Shown: positions 57,436-64,000 of the stretch, piece after piece
Numbering within the stretch: the stretch's first letter is position 1
How the letters are laid out: each line of letters starts with the position of its first letter
NCBI GenBank assembly: GCA_951804945.1
Contig: OX638158.1
Span: forward strand, 7,068,001-7,132,000
Direction: 5' to 3'
DNA length: 64,000 nucleotides
Source of the DNA: Podarcis cretensis
Lineage: Eukaryota
Program-made: the position numbers and the translations under genes
Notes under the pieces: generated by a model
Told to the model about the DNA's origin: nothing
Database searches by the model: none
Seen by the model: the letters and a program-made list of their open reading frames with translations, nothing else

Positions 57436-60261
57436 TACCAATGCAAAGCTTCCCCAGTCAGGATGGCCTTCGTGGACATTCTGGCTGGGAATGGGTTACT
57501 ATAGTGCCTGAACTCTTTCTTAGTGGCCCTGATTTGGAGGATCAAAAAGAATATGGCAAATCAGAGTTTAAAAGGCAGGTGAGGCTCTCGTGGTCTCCCA
57601 CAAAAGTGCTATTTAATGCCAACGCCCCATTTTTCACTTGCTTTTCCTGTTTTGAAAAGAATGACGATACACAAAGACTAAACTATTATATCAACATAAA
57701 GCTCTCAGGCAAGCCTTGATAAAAAGCAAACAGAAGTGTCAATCATTTACTGTAGTATTAAAATAGGGTGGGGAAGACGCCAATGGAGCTTTAATTTTCT
57801 CCCTTTGGTGAAAAACGCAGCCATCTTTTTTCTAAAAAATTGCCTATGTGACACTTCATATTTGTTGAGACACATGCTGGGGAGTTATGGCCTTGGAAAT
57901 GCCGCTTTTAAAGTGATTGAATTCTCGAGGTAAACAGTCAAGGTGCAATGTTACACAGGCTTAGAAGGCTTCTTAAGAATCAAAGCTACACTTCAGCAAA
58001 CCCCATTTAAACATCCTTTCTTCCCCCAGCCACATATTTCATTCTTCATTACTGCCCATTACCAAGACACTTATGTTTAAAGCAAAACAATTCTCTTGAG
58101 AAAACATAGATAGCCAGAAAAGGAAGCCAAGCCCACTTCGGGAACTCAGATCATCACACTGAAGTGGAATAATTTAGATCCACTTTTAAATATAGCTGTT
58201 TTGGAGCTGCTATAATACCTCCACTCAACATTTCCACAAATGTCATAAGGTATAAAATGGCCTCGTAACCCTGTTCTTCCCAATTATCACATGATGAAGG
58301 CATGGGTACTTGTATTTATTTATGGGTTTATGAAAATTAAAAAATCAGCTCAACATGCCACTTTGGGTACTGATTCCCCCAAGGTCCAGTGCAACATATC
58401 CAACTGGTCTGTGGCCATGTGAAGTTGGTCCTAAATATCTTGAAAGATTTCATCTGGATATTTATCTTATCCTGAGAACTTAGACAAAGGAATCCCATGT
58501 TCAACTCGTTTACCCTTCTCAGCAGGTGTCCCTATTAGAATAGCACTTCAAAGTTCACAGATGGGCACCAGGAATTAACATTATAGGAGCTTCTATCAGA
58601 ACTGACCTTTGGGCAATCAAGAGTGGCTCTGATAGCAGAATGGAGCATAATCTTCCATTACTGTCAGTGCATACACTTTAATTGCCTCTCTCCAGTGCAA
58701 AATCATTTGGCATATGTATTCAGTTACATGCCCACTTGTAATGGTGTAGGGATAACAAATGCAGCAGATTCTTGACCAAAGAATAATGTCCTGGACACAA
58801 GCATTCCCCCTTTGCACAGAATGGCAAGTGTTAAGAGCCAGCTGGCTGAGAGTAATCTGCTGTGCAAACATGGAGACACATTGACCAAATTCCATCAAGA
58901 TTGCTCTCAGGATACCCCATTCTTGTACCCAGAGTACCAAATTGTTCTATTCATCCTGTGAATTAGTTGAGACACAGGCTGTTCCGGAGCAGTGAAGCCA
59001 TGCATCAGCTGTCAAGGGAATGCTTCTGTTTGGCAGTAGCCCAGCTGTTTCACTGAATGTCTGGACATTTTGCTTAACTAGTCACTGAGTTAGAAGTCTA
59101 CAGAATGCTGAGTTTCCATTTCTTGAACTTCACCTTCCCACTCTCAAGATAAGACACTTTCAGGCCTGGAAGGAAGTATAAGGATTAGCAACAAGAGCAT
59201 GTGTCGTAGTCGTCGTCCCCACACCGTTTTAGGAAGCGTTTGCTGCTGCTGCTGCTGCTCCAAATACCAAAAACCAAGGGCACAATGTCAACAGGAAAGA
59301 TTGACATTCGCCTTCCCCAGCCTGGTGCCCTTCAGTTGTTTGGGAGACTACAACTGGGTTTTTGGGGTTGTAGCCCAAAACATTTGGAGGGCGCTGGGTT
59401 GGGGAAGGCCATCATTTGCCATGAAGGCAAGGTGCAGAGAATCCAAGGAAAAAAGATATGAACAGTATTCAGAGTGCATCAAGAGATCAGTTGGATATGG
59501 GAGATAAGCAAATGGAATGGTGCAGAAACCAGGATGGATAGAAGGGAGCAGGAGCAGGTGGGAAGGCAGGAAAGGTCCAGTAGAGAAAAAGAACCCTTAA
59601 GTGCAGTAGAACCTGTTGCATAGGCAACAGATAAGCAAACACAATTCAATTATTTTGAAAGGTACTAACCACCACATTGCTACAGTTGGTCAACAAGAAA
59701 TCACTTTTACTTTGGAGATCCAATGAACAAGCGTGGATAAGATTCTATACTAGGTAGAAAATAGAGGGTGGGTTTTTCTGTGAACTGGAAAAAGTAGTGC
59801 AGTTGAGACAGAAGACTGCTAAGATTTCCAGTTCCCAACTGACAGGTACTAACAACCTTACAGACCACATTCAGATTACTGTTTCTGCTGGACAGCTTCA
59901 GAGATGTCATATATCCCCACTCCAGAAGAAGGGGAAGAAGAGGTAGAATATTTCCCACAGATCGAAATCTAAAGGAAGACAGTCTTTCTAACAATCCTCC
60001 TCTCCTGAAAATCCAGAACCATTGCAAGAGTGAATGTTAAAAGGACCTTACAGATATGCAGAACTTAAGCAAAAACTACCTTCCACAATTCAACAAAGGA
60101 GTCTTTGTTTTGGGTACAATATAGTAATATTAAATGGAGTCAAGGTCATTATTTTTTCCAGTGTTTTCGAAGTGAAAATCTCAATGCCACAAGTGCATCC
60201 CACAGGGCAAGTATTTTTACTGAGAGATATCAAAGTAACACACGCTACTGAACAAGTAATA

Positions 60262-60613
60262 CAGTGGTGCCTCGCAAGACGAAAAGAATCCGTTCCGCGA
60301 TTCTCTTCGTCTAGCGGTTTTTTCGTCTTGCGAAGCAAGCCCATTGACGGATTAGCGGATTAGCGCTATTAGCGGCTTAGCGGCTTTTAGCGGCTTTTAG
60401 CGGCTTATCAGCTTAGTGGATAAGCAGATAAGTGGCTTAGCGGCTTAGAAAAGGGGGGGGAGGGGAAAAAAGTCGGAAAAACTCGCAAGACATTTTCGTC
60501 TTGTGAAGCAAGCCCATAGGAAATTTGTTTTGCGAAGCGCCTCCAAAACGGAAAACCCTTTCGTCTAGCGGGTTTTTCGTCTTGCGAGGCGTTTGTCTTG
60601 CGGGGCACCACTG
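60262..60613. mobile_element. MITE family B
   Basis: Same TIRs and body as 8865-9252, TA TSD. Confidence 0.9.
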
Positions 60614-63600
60614 TACTACTTTGCTCCAGAACACGTCAGTTGAAACATTCATGAAGGTTAGGAAGAACTAACAAGATCCTCATCACTTTTGGCAGCAGGC
60701 CAGACCTAAAACTGCGATTTGACTGAGCCAATGCAGCTCTAGCAAAAATATTACTTTATCATTATGTTTGCTTGCATGGGCATAATACATTATGGATCAG
60801 CCATTGGAGTTATTAGGATCAAATACAGCTGTCTTCCCCAAGTTGCCAACATAGAAGCAGAAGGAGTAGAATAACTTGTGCAGAATAAATTGTGGATGAA
60901 AACATTGTGGCTGTGCTCACAGGTCCCTTCCACACCCTCTTTGAAGTAGTTCCCCCGCAAAACTAGTTGCTGCTCAGGAGACCATCAGCATCCTGAGAAG
61001 TGGAAACAGGGTATATGCTCTTAGTACATATAAAACATTCATAAATAATAAACTCATCATAAGAGGTTGTAGAAATGAAGTAAACACAGACTTCAGCAGT
61101 TGAGTATAAGAGCTGTGGCTTTACCAAATTGAAGTAAGATTATCCTAGCCATTGGCTTAATTGCTCGTGTGTCATACCATTTTCATGAACTGTGCAGAAG
61201 CTTAACAAGTGAGCATGCAAGGCAATGGAACAGGAATACGGTGGGAATGCACCAACAGTGAGAATGGTTTACGCAGAGAAGAGCAGGTATAAGGGAATTT
61301 TGTAACTATAGCATGAAGCTGAGAGGGGGAAAGCGGGAATAGCCAAAAAGTCACTGCACACAAAAATATACATCTGGAAATGTGCTAAACTTTGGGAATT
61401 TCTTCATTACCATAAGAGTAGATCAGCACTGGAAGAAAACATAATGCCTCATTAGGGTGATGAGGCAATGGAATATTTGCTCATCAAATGATAAAATATT
61501 CCTTACTGTAAGAAGAGATTAAAACCAGGCATTTGCACAAGAAACTATCTGCAGTGCATTGGGGTGGGGTGACCCTGTTTTATGATAGGGCCCTGGAATA
61601 GATGACCCACAGAATCCTCCTTCCAACTGCGATTCTATACATGTTTTTAATCCAACTCTTACTATTTCTCCTGGTCCCTCTGGGGGTTATAAAAACTGTG
61701 CAACTTTACATTTAGAAATGCAATCTAGTTTCTCTGGCAGAATTTTGTACTTTGTTGCTCCATTATCCCCAAGATCATGAGCATTTCCTGTTCCTTTGTA
61801 AGAGTTTCATTAGTTTACTAGGGACTAAATTATAAGCCCGTAAATCAGAGCTTGAGAAACAATCAAAATAATATCAGAGTTCTAGAAAATGTTCTTTTTC
61901 GGCTGCACTCTAGGAGAAATTGAAGTAGTTACAAATGTGAAGATGTCTCATAACAGAAGCCTTAACAAATTAACCTCATAATAAAATCTCTCAGAAGTCC
62001 CTGTGGCAGAAGGTGGCTTTTCATTAAAAAAAATTCTTATGGATGATGCTGGCTAGCAATCTGACATCTTCCAGCTCAACTAAAATGCAAGTCATCAGCA
62101 GTGATGAACCATCCAGTCTGTTAGGAAAGCTTCAGTGCTATGATACCCAATCCTCTCCAGCATCTGGAATACAAAAACAGCCAAAGGAAGCTAGCTTCTG
62201 AACGATCCACATTTAGAAAACATTGCACAACATTTTTTCATATTGGTCTGAAGAATACCTGCGACACAATCCTAAGGTAAGATCCCCTGAGATGAGGTTT
62301 AGGATCCAGCAGATCTCCACCTGAATCAGGAGTACCCCAGCTGTGCTATGCCAGAGCAAACCCCCCCCCCCGCACCATTCTAGGTCTGTGGCATGGTGCG
62401 GCAAGAGGGGGGCTTTTGCTATATCCAAAGTTCTGCCTTTGGTATGACCAGCCTCTTCATTTAAAGGGGCCCAGGCCACTTTAGCAGTTGTCAGCTGACA
62501 GAGCAAGGGAGCTCATGATTCCACTAGAACTTCTGGGGTGGAGACCTCTGAGTCAGAGGAGAGTAATGGAAAGTCCTCAAGCTGAAGAGATACTAACACC
62601 ATGGACTCCTCTTCTGGATGGTTATGTACTCCTGTGGCTGCTCTGGAAGAAATTCCTTCTCCCACTTCATATGTCTAGCTTCAACCCTTGAAGAAAGGAA
62701 GCCTGGCCCCAGGGTCATAACATCACAACTTTATTTTCTGCCCCTCTCTCCATGGTGGCTTCTGCTGGAGGGTAGGTGAGCAGGAAACAGACTACTGACA
62801 CCTGTTTTACTTATAAAACCTCACAGGAAGAACTAGATGCAAGATTGCTGCTGGGGGGAGTAGTTTTGTGACAAGTTAATTAATCTTGATCTTGTCCCAG
62901 ACCCTAATAACACCTGCCTTTGAACGCCAAGACACCTCCACCAAACCCAGCACACTTTATGGAGAGACTGAATGCCCTCACCATAAAAAATGAGGATGCT
63001 AGCTACTGCTCCTCCACCACCTTCATTACCGCCCATTTTTATTTAATAAACCTCCATCAGCTTAAATGAATGGTTGTTATTAGTTGAGCTAACAGCCAAA
63101 TGATAATGCTCCAGAGAGATATCAGTGCTTGTTGATGCATTAACGAAAAGAGGAGAGGGGCCGAGGTCAAGCACGTGTCAATGCAAATGAGGCAATGGGA
63201 GGCACTAATGGTTTAATGCAACAAAATGCCTCAGATAATGGAATTTACAAGATTAAAAGGAAAGAGATGAAGTTATTGATAAGTATATTAAAGGAAGAAA
63301 AGGCGATAAGATGTTACAAAGGGAAAGAAATCCTCTCTCTGCTTGTGCGCTCCTGCTTTCAAAATATCTTTACATCTCGATGATGAAATTAGCAAAACAA
63401 AACTTGAACAGGATCAGAAAATGGGATTAGAAGCAATAATGAAAAATCTGGCTGAGTATAATGCTGAGCACTTTAAAGATATACATGCTCATAAAGTGTT
63501 GCTTGCTGTTCGTTATTTGAACATTTAGAGTGTCTCATTAAGAACTATCCCCATTCAGCATATGGGGAAAACTGAGGAAACCTATGGAAAGAGACGCTTG

Positions 63601-63887
63601 CATTAAAACAGCAGCAGAGGCAGAGGAGTTAAAGGCCCACTACCATGTTATTATTTCAACTACATATATCTCTCACACTGTGCTTGTTAAGATCCGTTAC
63701 AATCTCTTTTCAAACAGCTAAAAGAAATGCCACTTTCATATTATTTTCATTGCAGAAAGGTGGGAGGTGGCAGTGGCTATGTCCTATATATTTAAGCACA
63801 CAGCAGCACACAATAAGAAACCGTGCTGATTGCTTAGTTAAACAGGGTTCATCTCATGTTGCACCTCGTCATTGGGAGGTTTGGAAT

Positions 63888-64000
63888 GTGTTGTTTAGTC
63901 GTTTAGCCGTGTCCGACTCTTTGTGACCCCCTGGACCAGAGCACGCCAGGCACTCCTGTCTTCCACTGCCTCCCGCAGTTTGGTCAGGCTCATGTTTGTA
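63888..64000 (-). mobile_element. BovB-like RTE LINE 3' end (runs off window)
   Basis: agtcgtttagccgtgtccgactctttgtgacccc...gcacgccagg matches the remembered BovB 3' terminus. Confidence 0.8.

Noticed and set aside
63343-63528. Coding-looking plus-strand ORF or missing EXOC4 exon
   Set aside because: Wrong strand, no similarity to EXOC4 exon 3 and no recognisable homolog.

Overview
Vertebrate (squamate, most likely lacertid lizard, judged from Sauria/Squam SINEs, BovB and lacertid-type MITEs) genomic DNA lying inside the EXOC4 (exocyst Sec8) gene on the minus strand. Four coding exons with canonical GT-AG sites and consistent phases are present (55099-54915, 53455-53346, 50208-49965, 41565-41388; probably exons 4-7). 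The rest is intron with many transposable elements. The main object is a young, intact Tf1/sushi-type chromoviral Ty3/Gypsy retrotransposon (28375-33884, minus; 410-bp LTRs with 2 mismatches; CTGCT TSD). It has a self-priming PBS and a -1 frameshift pseudoknot with an atypical slippery site. Its integrase C-terminus is unusual: after the chromodomain come two tandem 'F-acidic linker-FxGF' motifs resembling LEDGF/p75-IBD-binding (IBM/TIM) motifs, and the ORF then reads through the PPT and the whole U3 into R. Two diverged solo LTRs in the window keep the same LTR-encoded Arg-rich/L-x-W motif. Also present: a 5'-truncated L1 with a nested Sauria SINE, RTE, CR1, L2 and BovB fragments, a Penelope-type foldback with a minimal hammerhead ribozyme, several MITEs, and a ~98%-identical inverted duplication flanking one EXOC4 exon. 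Family names and reference protein motifs are from memory, not database searches.
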